This document shows, in pieces, positions 1-8,176 of a stretch of 24,000 nucleotides of DNA; position 1 is the stretch's first letter; the number at the start of each line of letters is the position of its first letter. The notes under the pieces were generated by a model. That model saw only the letters and a list, made by a program, of their open reading frames with translations. It searched no databases and was not told where the DNA came from. The position numbers and the translations under genes are program-made. Source of the stretch: Streptomyces cinnabarinus (GTDB lineage: Bacteria; Actinomycetota; Actinomycetes; Streptomycetales; Streptomycetaceae); the NCBI RefSeq assembly GCF_027270315.1, contig NZ_CP114413.1, positions 96,114-120,113 on the forward strand, given 5' to 3'.

Positions 1-479
1 GCGCCCTGGTCCACACGATGGCGACCCGATCCCTGGGCGACACCCACGAAGCGGAGGACGTCACCCAGCAGGTGTTCATCGGAGCCTGGCGCGGCCGGGC
101 CGGATTCCGCCCCGATCGGGGCCCCCTGGGCGCCTGGCTCACCGGCATCACCCGACGCAAGATCGTCGACGCCCTCGCGGCCCGGACCCGACGCCTCGAC
201 CTGGTCGACTCGGCCGCCCGCAATGCCGACACCCCGCACCCCGAGGACACGGCACCGGACGAGATCCTCGACCGCATCGTCGTACTGGACGAACTCGCAC
301 GCCTGCCGCGGCACCAGCGACAAGTACTGGGTCTCGCCTTCTACGAGGACCTGACCCAGGCCCAGATCGCAGACCGGACCGGCATGCCCCTGGGCACGGT
401 AAAGAGCCACACCCGTCGTGGCCTGCACCGCCTGCGCCGAGCCCTCGAACAGTCCCGCCCCGAGGCAGCGCAGTGGTAG
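1..479 (+). CDS. ECF-type sigma-70 family RNA polymerase sigma factor, 5'-partial (continues upstream of the window)
   Basis: ORF 18..479 has a region-2-like segment (EDVTQQVFIGAWRGRAGF...WLTGITRRKIVDAL) and a region-4 HTH (RQVLGLAFYEDLTQAQIADRTGMPLGTVKSHTRRGLHRLR). The Met at 18 is probably internal, since ECF sigmas usually carry about 25-30 more N-terminal residues. Confidence 0.85.
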   Translation, partial: ALVHTMATRSLGDTHEAEDVTQQVFIGAWRGRAGFRPDRGPLGAWLTGITRRKIVDALAARTRRLDLVDSAARNADTPHPEDTAPDEILDRIVVLDELARLPRHQRQVLGLAFYEDLTQAQIADRTGMPLGTVKSHTRRGLHRLRRALEQSRPEAAQW

Positions 480-573
480 CACGGGCCCCGGCCGCATCCG
501 CCACGCCTCCTGCACCGGAATACCGATCGACTCCCCGCGAACGGCGGGCGGTCTCCCCGAAGGAATGATCACC

Positions 574-1407
574 ATGATTCCGCGGCCCACCCTCACCATC
601 GTCACGACAGCGAGCGCCTGCGCCCTCGCGCTCGGCACCATCACCCCCGCCCTGGCCACTCCCGCCACGGACGACGACAAGGCCATGGTCTCCGTGTTCC
701 ACGGCGTTCCCGGACTGACCGTGGACGTCTACGCCAACGGCGACGAGCTGTTGAGTGACTTCAAGCCCGGTACGGTCACCGACCCGCAGGCCCTGGCCGC
801 CGGGACCTACGACATCCAGGTCTTCGCAGCGGGTCAGGGACCCGACGGGAATCCGGCCATCGAGAAGAAGATCGAGGTACCCGCCGGGGCGAACGCCACG
901 ATCGCCGCCCATCTGTCCGCCGACGGCACGCCCCAGCTGACGGCCTTCGTCAACGACGTGTCGAAGGTCGACGCCGGCAAGGCGCGGCTGACGGTGCGCC
1001 ATGTGGCCGCCGCGCCCGCCGTCGACGTCCGGGCCGACGGGCAGCCCGTGTTCAAGGGGCTGGAGAACCCCAAGGAGGACACCGCCGAGGTCGGCGCCGG
1101 CACGATCTCCGCCGATGTCGTCCTGGCCGGAACCGACGCCGTGGCCATCGGCCCGGCGGACCTCGACCTCCAGGAAGGCACCAGCAACGTCGTCTACGCC
1201 TGGGGCAGCGCCGAGGACAAGAACCTGGCCCTCAAGACGCAGACCTTCGAGGGAATGGAGTCGGCGCCCCAGGCGGTGCACGCGGGTGGCAACGGCGCCG
1301 CCGCGGGCTCGAACTCCTCGGGCCAGTGGCTCGCCTGGGCCGCCGCGGGTGGCGCCATCACCCTCAGCGTCCTGGTGGCCCGTCGCCTCTCGGACCGCCG
1401 TGTGTGA
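574..1407 (+). CDS. DUF4397-like secreted protein with a signal peptide and a C-terminal hydrophobic anchor plus basic tail
   Basis: Lies inside track ORF 418..1407. Start taken at ATG 574, 9 nt after GAAGGA (559-564); the alternative ATG 565 abuts the SD. Signal-like MIPRPTLTIVTTASACALALGTITPALA. Two DUF4397-style repeats (VFHGVPGLTVDVYANG..., VRHVAAAPAVDVRADG...). C-terminus is LAWAAAGGAITLSVLVARRLSDRRV. Confidence 0.75.
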   Translation: MIPRPTLTIVTTASACALALGTITPALATPATDDDKAMVSVFHGVPGLTVDVYANGDELLSDFKPGTVTDPQALAAGTYDIQVFAAGQGPDGNPAIEKKIEVPAGANATIAAHLSADGTPQLTAFVNDVSKVDAGKARLTVRHVAAAPAVDVRADGQPVFKGLENPKEDTAEVGAGTISADVVLAGTDAVAIGPADLDLQEGTSNVVYAWGSAEDKNLALKTQTFEGMESAPQAVHAGGNGAAAGSNSSGQWLAWAAAGGAITLSVLVARRLSDRRV

Positions 1408-2044
1408 CTCCGCCCGGCGAAGCGGCGGCCGGACGGTGGCCCTGACCGCGGTGGCGGTGGCCGCGCTGACGACGGCGGCCCTCGTCACGGCGCCCTCCGC
1501 CACCGGGCCGGCCGCGCCTCCTGCCGACTTCGGGCCGACCGCGGGCACACCGGCCCGGAGCGCCGCGGCAGCCGGCCCGGACACCCCTGGGCGGGCCCCG
1601 CCACCCGAACGCGTCCGCGTGGCCGCCGTCGGCCTCGACGCCCGGATCCGCCCCGTAGGGGTGACCGGGCAGGGCGCGGTGAGCATACCCGCCGATCCTT
1701 CCGTCGCCGGGTGGTACCGCTACGGCCCCGCACCGGGAAGCTCCCAGGGGTCGGCGGTGCTGGTCGGGCACGTGGACAGCGACACCGGCGCCCTGGGCGA
1801 GTTGGCCGCGCTCTACGACGTACGCACGGGCGACCGCGTCGAAGTACGACGCACCGGAGCCGAACCCGTCGCCTACCGCATCACATCGCGCTCGACAGTT
1901 CCCAAGGACCGCCTCTCGCCTGCCGTGTTCCGTCGGACGGGCGCTCCGGTCCTCACCCTCATCACCTGCGCGCCCCCCTTCGAACCGGAGCGCGGCGGCT
2001 ACCTGTCCAATCTCGTCGTCACGGCGCAGCCACTGCGGGGCTGA
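1400..2044 (+). CDS. class F sortase
   Basis: C-terminal part of track ORF 1001..2044. Has the GHVDS His motif (VLVGHVDSDTG), the TLITC catalytic Cys motif (PVLTLITCAPPF) and an N-terminal membrane anchor (TVALTAVAVAALTTAALVTA). Start proposed at GTG 1400, which overlaps the upstream stop (GTGTGTGA). The part of the track ORF upstream of 1400 overlaps the DUF4397 gene out of frame. Confidence 0.8.
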   Translation: MCDSARRSGGRTVALTAVAVAALTTAALVTAPSATGPAAPPADFGPTAGTPARSAAAAGPDTPGRAPPPERVRVAAVGLDARIRPVGVTGQGAVSIPADPSVAGWYRYGPAPGSSQGSAVLVGHVDSDTGALGELAALYDVRTGDRVEVRRTGAEPVAYRITSRSTVPKDRLSPAVFRRTGAPVLTLITCAPPFEPERGGYLSNLVVTAQPLRG

Positions 2045-2064
2045 GAGACAGAGCGGAGCGGACG

Positions 2065-2439
2065 GTGACCCACGTCGATCACGCCCACCTGGTGGACCTG
2101 GCACGGGGCAACGCCGCGTCCCGCGAGGACGCCGACGCCCTGCGCCACATCGCCCGGTGCGCGCCGTGCCGGCAGGAACTGGACGGGATCACACGGGTGG
2201 TGGCCGCGGCGTCCGGCGTCGGCGCGTCGGACTTGCCCGTCGGGCCCCCGCCGCGGGTGTGGCAACGCATCGAGCGAGAACTCTTCGAGACCGCGGAGCC
2301 CGCACCCGTGTCGGTCGCCGACCATTCCGATGCCCTTCCCGCCGGAGCGCCGAAAGGACACCCCGCCGTGAGGTGTCTCCTGCTCGCGGCCCTCGGCGGC
2401 ATCCTGCTCGCCCGCTGGCTCAGACGCGCTTGGCGGTGA
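2065..2439 (+). CDS. zf-HC2 (ZAS-type) anti-sigma factor, single C-terminal TM helix
   Basis: Distal part of track ORF 1711..2439. GTG 2065 is preceded by GGAG (2054-2057). H-x3-C-x2-C motif in ALRHIARCAPCRQEL. Hydrophobic helix VRCLLLAALGGILLARWL close to the C-terminus. Confidence 0.7.
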   Translation: MTHVDHAHLVDLARGNAASREDADALRHIARCAPCRQELDGITRVVAAASGVGASDLPVGPPPRVWQRIERELFETAEPAPVSVADHSDALPAGAPKGHPAVRCLLLAALGGILLARWLRRAWR

Positions 2440-2542
2440 GGTCCCTTTCCGCACCGTCCCCGCTCTCCGACCTGCCGCGGGAAATCCAGGAGTTGGGCCA
2501 CGCCGGCCGTGCCAACCTGCCGGCCTGGCAGGATCCCATCTC

Positions 2543-3361
2543 ATGAGTTCTGGCCAATGGGGCACCCATGGGATCGAGATGAGCGCGGATCGCGTGATCA
2601 AGCGGTTCGCGTCGAGAACGGACGGTCGCGCTGAGCGTGAGTGGCGGGGACTGACGCTGTTGGCTGCTCACGCTCCGGGGCTGGCTCCTGAGCCCTGGGA
2701 GGCAGACCTCGCGGTCGACAGGCCCGTCGTGGTGATGTCTCGATTGGAGGGCGTTCCTCTGCACGGCACTGCCATGGGCGAGAAGGAACTGGAAGCCTTC
2801 ACCGGGGCCGTGGACTCGCTCCATAGAGCAGTGCCGATCGATGTGGTTCGCAGGGTTCCGCTCAGACCAGGTCGGCCGAGCCAACTCATCGGCCTCCTCG
2901 ACAGGTGGGCGGTGGACATCCCGGCCCAGGCTGGCGGGCTGGTGCGGCAAGCCTTGGACGCAGGGCTGGGCTGGCTGCCCATGTCTGGGCTCGCATCGGA
3001 CACCTGGCAAGAGGTTCCCGAGGTATTCGGCCCAGGCGACGGGAATCTCGCCAACTACTTGTGGGAGGGCTCCAGGGTCCAGGTCGTCGACTTCGAGGAT
3101 TCAGGCCGTAGCGATAGCGCCTTTGAACTGGCGGAAATCACCGAGCATGTCGGCAGCTGGGTCGAGCACCCGCTGGACGTCTCTGCGTTCTTGGACCGGT
3201 TCGACCTCACTGCCGTGGAAACTGCGCGCCTGCGGGAGTGCCGGAGACTGCTGGCTCTGGTCTGGCTGTTCCTGCTGGCGAGAGACGATCCCGAGCGTCC
3301 CCGAAACCCTGCCGGCACGGTGGAGAAGCAGGCGGCCCGGCTCCTGGGGCTGCTGGGCTGA
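2543..3361 (+). CDS. aminoglycoside/choline-kinase (APH) family phosphotransferase-like protein
   Basis: Catalytic-loop-like GPGDGNLANYLW (D-x4-N) followed by the metal-binding-like VQVVDFEDSG. Size is about 270 aa. An alternative start at ATG 2579 is possible. Third-codon positions are visibly more A/T-rich than in neighbouring genes. Confidence 0.7.
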   Translation: MSSGQWGTHGIEMSADRVIKRFASRTDGRAEREWRGLTLLAAHAPGLAPEPWEADLAVDRPVVVMSRLEGVPLHGTAMGEKELEAFTGAVDSLHRAVPIDVVRRVPLRPGRPSQLIGLLDRWAVDIPAQAGGLVRQALDAGLGWLPMSGLASDTWQEVPEVFGPGDGNLANYLWEGSRVQVVDFEDSGRSDSAFELAEITEHVGSWVEHPLDVSAFLDRFDLTAVETARLRECRRLLALVWLFLLARDDPERPRNPAGTVEKQAARLLGLLG

Positions 3362-3544
3362 CTGATCTCGCCCACTGCCGGAAGGGCCACCGGGCATAGC
3401 GCGTCGGACGGCTTCCGGGGTGGCCAGCAGGGGCGACGATCGTCAACAGCTGCTGACAGTGCGCATGGCTCGTTGAGCCGCTCAAGGTCAACACGCGCAC
3501 GGCCTCCGCTCGGCGACAGTCCACGGACGCCCGACAGGGGCGGC

Positions 3545-4654
3545 TCATTCGCCCGATCTCTGCCCCCCTCTCGACGTCTGAGGCGACTTCGCCGCCTCGG
3601 CCTCCGCCTTCGCGTCGCTCACCGCGGCGGCGGCCTGTTTCCCGGCCTCGTCGGCCGCCGCGGCGGCGTCGAGGGAAACGGTCCAGCCGGCGTCGAGTTC
3701 CGGAGTCCGGTCCTGGTCCGACTTGTCGTCGGTGTCGGCGGCGGACGCTTGCGCAGGGTGCGCGGTTGAGGGAGGTGCCTCCGCCGACTGGTCGCCGAAC
3801 GCTCGGGTGACGGTCCGCACCGCCTCGGTCAGCTCCCCCGGGATCACCCAGAACGTGTTGTTGTCGCTGCCCGCCAAGTGCGGGAGCGTCTCAAGGTACT
3901 TGTAGGCGAGGACCTTCGGGTCGGCGTTGTTGCGGTGGACGGCCTGGAAGACGAGTTCCACTGCCTTTGCCTCGCCGTCCGCCCGCAAGATCATGGCCTG
4001 TTGGGCGCCTTGGGCCTCCAGGATGTCCTTCTGCCTCGTGCCCTCCGCCGTGAGGATCTTGGCTTGCCGCTCCCCTTCGGCGTGCAGGATGGCCGCGCGT
4101 TTGTCACGCTCGGCCCGCATCTGCTTCTCCATCGCTTCCTTGATGGTGGCCGGTGGGTCGATGGCCTTGATCTCGACGCGGTTGACCCTGATGCCCCACT
4201 TGCCGGTGGCGTCGTCCAGGACCGCGCGGAGCCGGGAGTTGATCTCCTCACGCGAGGTGAGTGTCTCCTCCAGATCCATGCTGCCGATGACATTCCGCAG
4301 CGTGGTCACGGTGAGCTGATCGATCGCCTGCAGGTAGTCGGCGACCTCGTAGGCCGCCGCCCGCGGGTCGGTGATCTGGTAGTAGAGCACGGTGTCGATG
4401 TTCACCACGAGGTTGTCCTCGGTGATCACCGGCCTGGGGTCGGACGAATAGACCTGCTCTCGCACGTCGAGTTTGGTGTTGATGCGGTCCGCCACCGGCA
4501 GCACCAGGTTCAGGCCGGGTTGCAGCGTCCGGCGGTAGCGGCCGAACCGCTCGACGTTGTAGCGGCGCGCCTGCGGGACGATCCGCACGGTGGCGGCCAC
4601 CAGGAACACGACGACAAGGACCGCTACCAGGGCGAGGATGACAACGGGATCCAC
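3545..4654 (-). CDS. SPFH/band 7 (stomatin-like) family membrane protein with an Ala/Asp/Glu-rich C-terminal tail
   Basis: N-terminal TM helix, then a typical SPFH core (RIVPQARRYNVERFGRY...LNLVLPVADRI...ITEDNLVVNIDTVLYYQITDP...WGIRVNRVEIKAIDPP) and a coiled-coil region (AERDKRAAILHAEGERQAKIL). GTG start at 4654 is preceded by GGAGG. Confidence 0.92.
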   Translation of the reverse strand: MDPVVILALVAVLVVVFLVAATVRIVPQARRYNVERFGRYRRTLQPGLNLVLPVADRINTKLDVREQVYSSDPRPVITEDNLVVNIDTVLYYQITDPRAAAYEVADYLQAIDQLTVTTLRNVIGSMDLEETLTSREEINSRLRAVLDDATGKWGIRVNRVEIKAIDPPATIKEAMEKQMRAERDKRAAILHAEGERQAKILTAEGTRQKDILEAQGAQQAMILRADGEAKAVELVFQAVHRNNADPKVLAYKYLETLPHLAGSDNNTFWVIPGELTEAVRTVTRAFGDQSAEAPPSTAHPAQASAADTDDKSDQDRTPELDAGWTVSLDAAAAADEAGKQAAAAVSDAKAEAEAAKSPQTSRGGQRSGE

Positions 4655-4683
4655 AGTGCCTCCGTTACTGAATGTTCAGCCGT

Positions 4684-5121
4684 TCACGGAAGGAGTTCTC
4701 GGGGGTAGACGATGGCCGTGGCGCCTTCGATCTCCATGACATCCACCAGCGCTCCCACCGGGATGACAAGGCTTTCGTCCAAGGCGCGGGCCGACCATTC
4801 CTCGCCGGACAGTTTGATGAGCCCGTGGGTCGCGGTGACCTCCTGAATGACCTCGGCCCGCTTGCCGATCAGGGCGTCGCTGCCCTCGTACGTGAGCGGT
4901 TGTTGCGCTATATGCCGCATCGCGACGGGGCGAGCGATCAGCAGGCCCGCTGCCGCTGTCACCCCGAGAGCCACAAGCTGGCCGAGGAGGCCGACCCCCA
5001 CACCAGCGACTACGGCGGCAACCAGCGCCGCGCCCGCCAGCAACCCGAAGACCAGCGTCAAGGTGAAAAACTCCGCGGCACCCAGTGCCGCGGCGGCGAG
5101 CAGCCATACGAACCACGGCAT
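4684..5121 (-). CDS. NfeD family membrane protein
   Basis: Three or four N-terminal hydrophobic helices followed by a C-terminal OB-like domain (GKRAEVIQEVTATHGLIKLSGEEWSARA...VDVMEIEGATAIV). Lies 29 nt upstream of the SPFH gene, the classical nfeD-SPFH pairing. AAGGAGG sits just upstream of ATG 5121. Confidence 0.88.
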   Translation of the reverse strand: MPWFVWLLAAAALGAAEFFTLTLVFGLLAGAALVAAVVAGVGVGLLGQLVALGVTAAAGLLIARPVAMRHIAQQPLTYEGSDALIGKRAEVIQEVTATHGLIKLSGEEWSARALDESLVIPVGALVDVMEIEGATAIVYPRELLP

Positions 5122-5414
5122 TGAATCGCCCTCCTTCAGGGGCCTTGTCCACCAAGCTACTCCCGGGCCGGGCAGTACAGACGACAGCTGTGGTTCTTGA
5201 CGGCGAAACCGCTCTCGCGGGGGCGCCGACGAGTCCCTGCCGGACGCGGGCGTCCCTGCCGCCGGCCGGGGTGAGAAGGAGGCCCGCGAGCAGTGTGCCC
5301 CCGCGCCCGGGCCCCGTCACTGCCGGGGTCCGGCAGTGTCCGAGCGCCCGGACTGCACGGATTCAGCATCCCGATCCCACCATCGACGGCTTGATCGGTC
5401 CGCACGCCTTGATC

Positions 5415-5984
5415 ATGGCCGAACCCACTGATTGGCTGGTCGGCATGACTGAACTCGGACCGGTCGCCTGGCCGCCTGCCCCGATCAAGACCGAGCGACT
5501 TGTGCTCCGTGAGCCCGAGGCGCGGGACCGTGCGGCGTTCATCGAGCTGCTCGCCTCGCCGGAAGTGAACGCCTACGTCGGCGGTCCCCGCCCGCGTGAC
5601 GAGCTGGAGCACGAGATGCCTGAGGTGCCCCAGCGGTGGCCCGGGAGCTTCGTCGTTGATCTCGACGGGGTGATGATCGGCCAGATCCTGCTCAGAAGGG
5701 CCACCGGGCACCGCCGCCCGGCTGCCGCGGGGAAGGCCGATCTCGGCTATCTGTTCCTGCCGCGGACATGGGGATTCGGGTACGCCGCCGAGGCGTGCGC
5801 GGCGGCACTCGATTGGTTGGAGGGCGTCCTTCCCGCCGAGCCGGTGGTGCTCACCACCCAGACCGCCAACGTCGCCTCGATGCGCCTAGCGGCGAAGCTG
5901 GGGTTCACCGAGGTCGAGCGGTTCCGAGCCTGGGACGCCGAGCAGTGGCTCGGCCAGCGGTCCCCGGCCACGACGTCCACATGA
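5415..5984 (+). CDS. GNAT family N-acetyltransferase (RimJ/RimL-like)
   Basis: Distal part of track ORF 5085..5984. IKTERLVLREPEARDRAAFIELLASPEVNAYVGG... and GYLFLPRTWGFGYAAEACAAALDWL...NVASMRLAAKLGFTEVER match the Acetyltransf_3 pattern. Start taken at ATG 5415, with ATG 5445 as an alternative. Confidence 0.8.
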   Translation: MAEPTDWLVGMTELGPVAWPPAPIKTERLVLREPEARDRAAFIELLASPEVNAYVGGPRPRDELEHEMPEVPQRWPGSFVVDLDGVMIGQILLRRATGHRRPAAAGKADLGYLFLPRTWGFGYAAEACAAALDWLEGVLPAEPVVLTTQTANVASMRLAAKLGFTEVERFRAWDAEQWLGQRSPATTST

Positions 5985-6111
5985 GCTCGTACTCGAGAAT
6001 GCGGATTCGGCAGTGCGGATGCATGCTGCGGTCACGGCCGCCAGGTGGTTCGGCTGAGCCCGAGAGAAGCGACCCGCCGCAGGATTCCGCGCGGCCTCCC
6101 GCCGAACCGGG

Positions 6112-6792
6112 TCAGTTGCCGATCCGCCGTCGGGCTGTCGTGTCGTGCAGGCCCGGCGGGACATACCCCGCGTCTCGCGCCGAGAGGGTGGTACCGGGCG
6201 GGACGATCTTGTCGATCTCGTCCAGCACGTCCGGCGGCAGCGGGCTGTCCGCCGCGCCCAACTGCTCCTCCAGCTGGGACAGCGTGCGCGGGCCGATGAT
6301 CGGCGCGGTGACCGCCGGGTGTGCGAGGACGAAGTTGAGGGCGAGCTCGATCAGGGTGATCCCGGCCTGCTCGGCCAGGACGGCGAGCGCCTCGACGGCC
6401 TCCAGTTTGGCCGCGCTCTCCGCGCTGTCGACGTCGAAGCGTCCCGGCTGACGGGCCGCTCGGCTGGACTCCGGCTGGGGTCGGCCCGTTCGGTAGCGCC
6501 CCGTCAGCCAGCCACCGGCGAGCGGGCTCCACGGAATCACCGCCAGCCCGTACCGCTGCGCCACCGGGAGAACCTCGGCCTCCACGCCGCGGGTAAGGAT
6601 CGAGTACGGCGGCTGCTCGGGCACCACCCGCTCGCGGCCCCGCTTCTCCGCGGTCCACTGCCCCTCGACGATCCGGGACGGAGGGAACGTGGAGGTGCCG
6701 AGGTAGCGGACCTTGCCCTGACGGACGAGATCGGAGAGCGTGCCGAGCGTCTCGTCGAAGTCCGTGTCCTCCTCCTCCGGGCGGTGCACCTG
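6112..6792 (-). pseudogene. aldo/keto reductase, 5'-truncated remnant (roughly the C-terminal two thirds only)
   Basis: Translation from QVHRPEEEDTDFDETLGTLSDLVRQGKVRYLGTSTF...VIPWSPLAGGWLTGRY...LALNFVLAHPAVTAPIIGPRTLSQLEE is a typical AKR C-terminal portion. The N-terminal barrel (about 100 aa) is missing. Homology stops exactly where the IS200/IS605 right end begins (about 6793). The upstream part of track ORF 6112..7134 is antisense to tnpB and shows no AKR similarity. Confidence 0.8.
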
Positions 6793-6950
6793 TTGAAGTG
6801 CTCTCCCGGCTGAAGCCGGGAGATTCCCTCCTACCTTGCGGTGGCGGGCTTGACGCCGCGGGGGCGCCTGGCGACTGCCCTTCCGGCAGCCGGGACGAGC
6901 GCGTGGCCCATCCGGTACAGGTGCAGGATGTTCCGTGCGGCGTTGTGGTC
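6777..6950 (-). ncRNA. predicted TnpB guide RNA (omega/reRNA) region: tnpB 3' end, right-end hairpin and about 16 nt of flank
   Basis: Placed by analogy with characterised TnpB systems. The only direct sequence support is the hairpin at 6803..6822 and the TCAA-terminated linker. The 5' limit is a guess. Confidence 0.35.
6803..6822 (-). repeat. subterminal hairpin at the IS200/IS605 right end
   Basis: Perfect 8-bp stem with a 4-nt loop: CTCCCGGC-TGAA-GCCGGGAG on the plus strand. It lies 8 nt beyond the tnpB stop. Confidence 0.75.
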
Positions 6951-8153
6951 CGCGTTGTCGGACCAGCCGCAGCCTTCGTTCTTGCATACGAACACGGCCT
7001 GGGACTGCCGGCTGCCCGGTGTGGTGAAGCCGCACATCGAGCAGCGCCGGGAGGTACCGGGGGCGGGAACCTTGTGCACGGTGCCGCCGTGGCGGGCGGC
7101 CTTGTACGTCAGCATCGTCACGGTGCGTCCCCACGCCTCCTGGCTGATGGAGCGGTTGAGGCCGGACTTCTGGGCGACGTTCTTCCCTGGGTTCTCGATG
7201 GTGCCTCTGGCACTCTTGACCATGTTCGGGATGTCCAGTTTTTCCACCACGATCACGCCGTAGGTGCGGGCAAGGTGGGTGGTGGTCTGGTGCTGCCAGT
7301 CACTCGCCCTGCGCTTGGCTGTCGCGCGCAGGCTTGCGATCTGGTCGTAGGTCCGCTTCAGCCGGCTGGAGGTTTTCTGGCCCGGCTTGCGGAAGCTCTT
7401 GCGGTGCGCGGCCCGCTGTTCCAGGCGGAGCAGCCTGGCCTTTTCGTCGAGGTTGAGCCACTTGTCCCGGTCGGCCGTGCCGTCCGGGAGGCGGGCGGGG
7501 CGACCGTGGTCCTGGTGGTGGCCGTCGGACAGGGCCAGGGGGATGTTGACTCCGGCGTCGATGCCGACCTCGGGACCGGTGTGCGGCTCGGGCACGGTGG
7601 CGAGGGTCTGGACGCGGAAGGCGATGTGCCAGCCGAGCGCGTCCTTGACCAGCCGGGCGCCGGTGATCTTGTTGTCGGTGCTGGCGGCCTTGCCGATGGG
7701 GAGGTCTTTGGTCCAGCGGAAGCGGACGCGGCCGATCTTGGGGATGTTGACCATGCCCCAGCGGCGGTGCACGCGCTTGATCTGAAGGTCGCGGCCTTGC
7801 GGGACGTCCACGCTCATCACCGTGCGGAAACGGGCCTTGAAGTTCGGCGCTTCGGCCCGGCCGTCCCAGCAGTTCTTCCACGCCTGGAAGTACGTCTTCA
7901 ACACCGCCTGGGCGGCCTGGGCGGGAAGGGCCGCGAGCCAGTCGATGTCCCTGCGGGCCTGGCGGATCGCGGCGTCCGCCGCGGCAAGCGTGCGCCTGCC
8001 CTTCGGCAGCATCGTCCACCAGTCGTGCAGGAGGTTCCACGTCGTACGGGCGGCGTGCGCCTGGGCGTCGATGAGCCGGATCTGTGCAGGGGTCAGTGCC
8101 AGCCGGGCGCGGTGCCCGAACTGCCGCCTCTCCTGCGCACGTTCCGTTGCCAC
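6831..8153 (-). CDS. tnpB: IS200/IS605-family TnpB (RuvC-like RNA-guided endonuclease)
   Basis: 440 aa with a GTG start at 8153. RuvC motifs GIDAGVN, VVVEKLD and NADHNAARNI. Zn-ribbon CSMCG...CKNEGCG. N-terminal portion is typical of OrfB/IS605 proteins. Confidence 0.92.
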   Translation of the reverse strand: MATERAQERRQFGHRARLALTPAQIRLIDAQAHAARTTWNLLHDWWTMLPKGRRTLAAADAAIRQARRDIDWLAALPAQAAQAVLKTYFQAWKNCWDGRAEAPNFKARFRTVMSVDVPQGRDLQIKRVHRRWGMVNIPKIGRVRFRWTKDLPIGKAASTDNKITGARLVKDALGWHIAFRVQTLATVPEPHTGPEVGIDAGVNIPLALSDGHHQDHGRPARLPDGTADRDKWLNLDEKARLLRLEQRAAHRKSFRKPGQKTSSRLKRTYDQIASLRATAKRRASDWQHQTTTHLARTYGVIVVEKLDIPNMVKSARGTIENPGKNVAQKSGLNRSISQEAWGRTVTMLTYKAARHGGTVHKVPAPGTSRRCSMCGFTTPGSRQSQAVFVCKNEGCGWSDNADHNAARNILHLYRMGHALVPAAGRAVARRPRGVKPATAR

Positions 8154-8176
8154 ACGATCACTGTAGCATTCGGTCT

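Noticed and set aside
517-542. GGAAT...CGAAC as an ECF-dependent promoter upstream of the DUF4397 gene
   Set aside because: Only the -35-like GGAAT is convincing. The -10 part does not match any ECF consensus I can name, so it is not reported as a feature.
148-1686. 512-aa minus-strand ORF spanning the sigma, DUF4397 and sortase genes
   Set aside because: It is an Arg/Gly/Pro/Ala-rich low-complexity translation antisense to three genes with clear family motifs. This is a typical high-GC shadow ORF.
3473-3485. Palindrome TTGAGC-C-GCTCAA and neighbouring short complementary blocks (CCGGAAG/CTTCCGG, GGCCACC/GGTGGCC at about 3379-3428) between the convergent APH-like and SPFH genes
   Set aside because: They lie in a convergent, non-promoter spacer. 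The arms are short, and the arrangement (A-B...A'-B') cannot form one coherent hairpin. They are probably weak terminator-like or chance complementarity in GC-rich DNA.
3545-5121. The nfeD-SPFH pair as a possible novel membrane system
   Set aside because: This is a well-known, widespread two-gene operon (NfeD plus a stomatin/band 7 protein). I see nothing unusual apart from the low-complexity acidic tail of the SPFH protein.
5318-5338. 9-bp perfect hairpin CACTGCCGG-GGT-CCGGCAGTG in the nfeD/GNAT divergent spacer
   Set aside because: It is an isolated short GC hairpin with no promoter or SD context that I can tie to it. This is too little evidence for a regulatory call.
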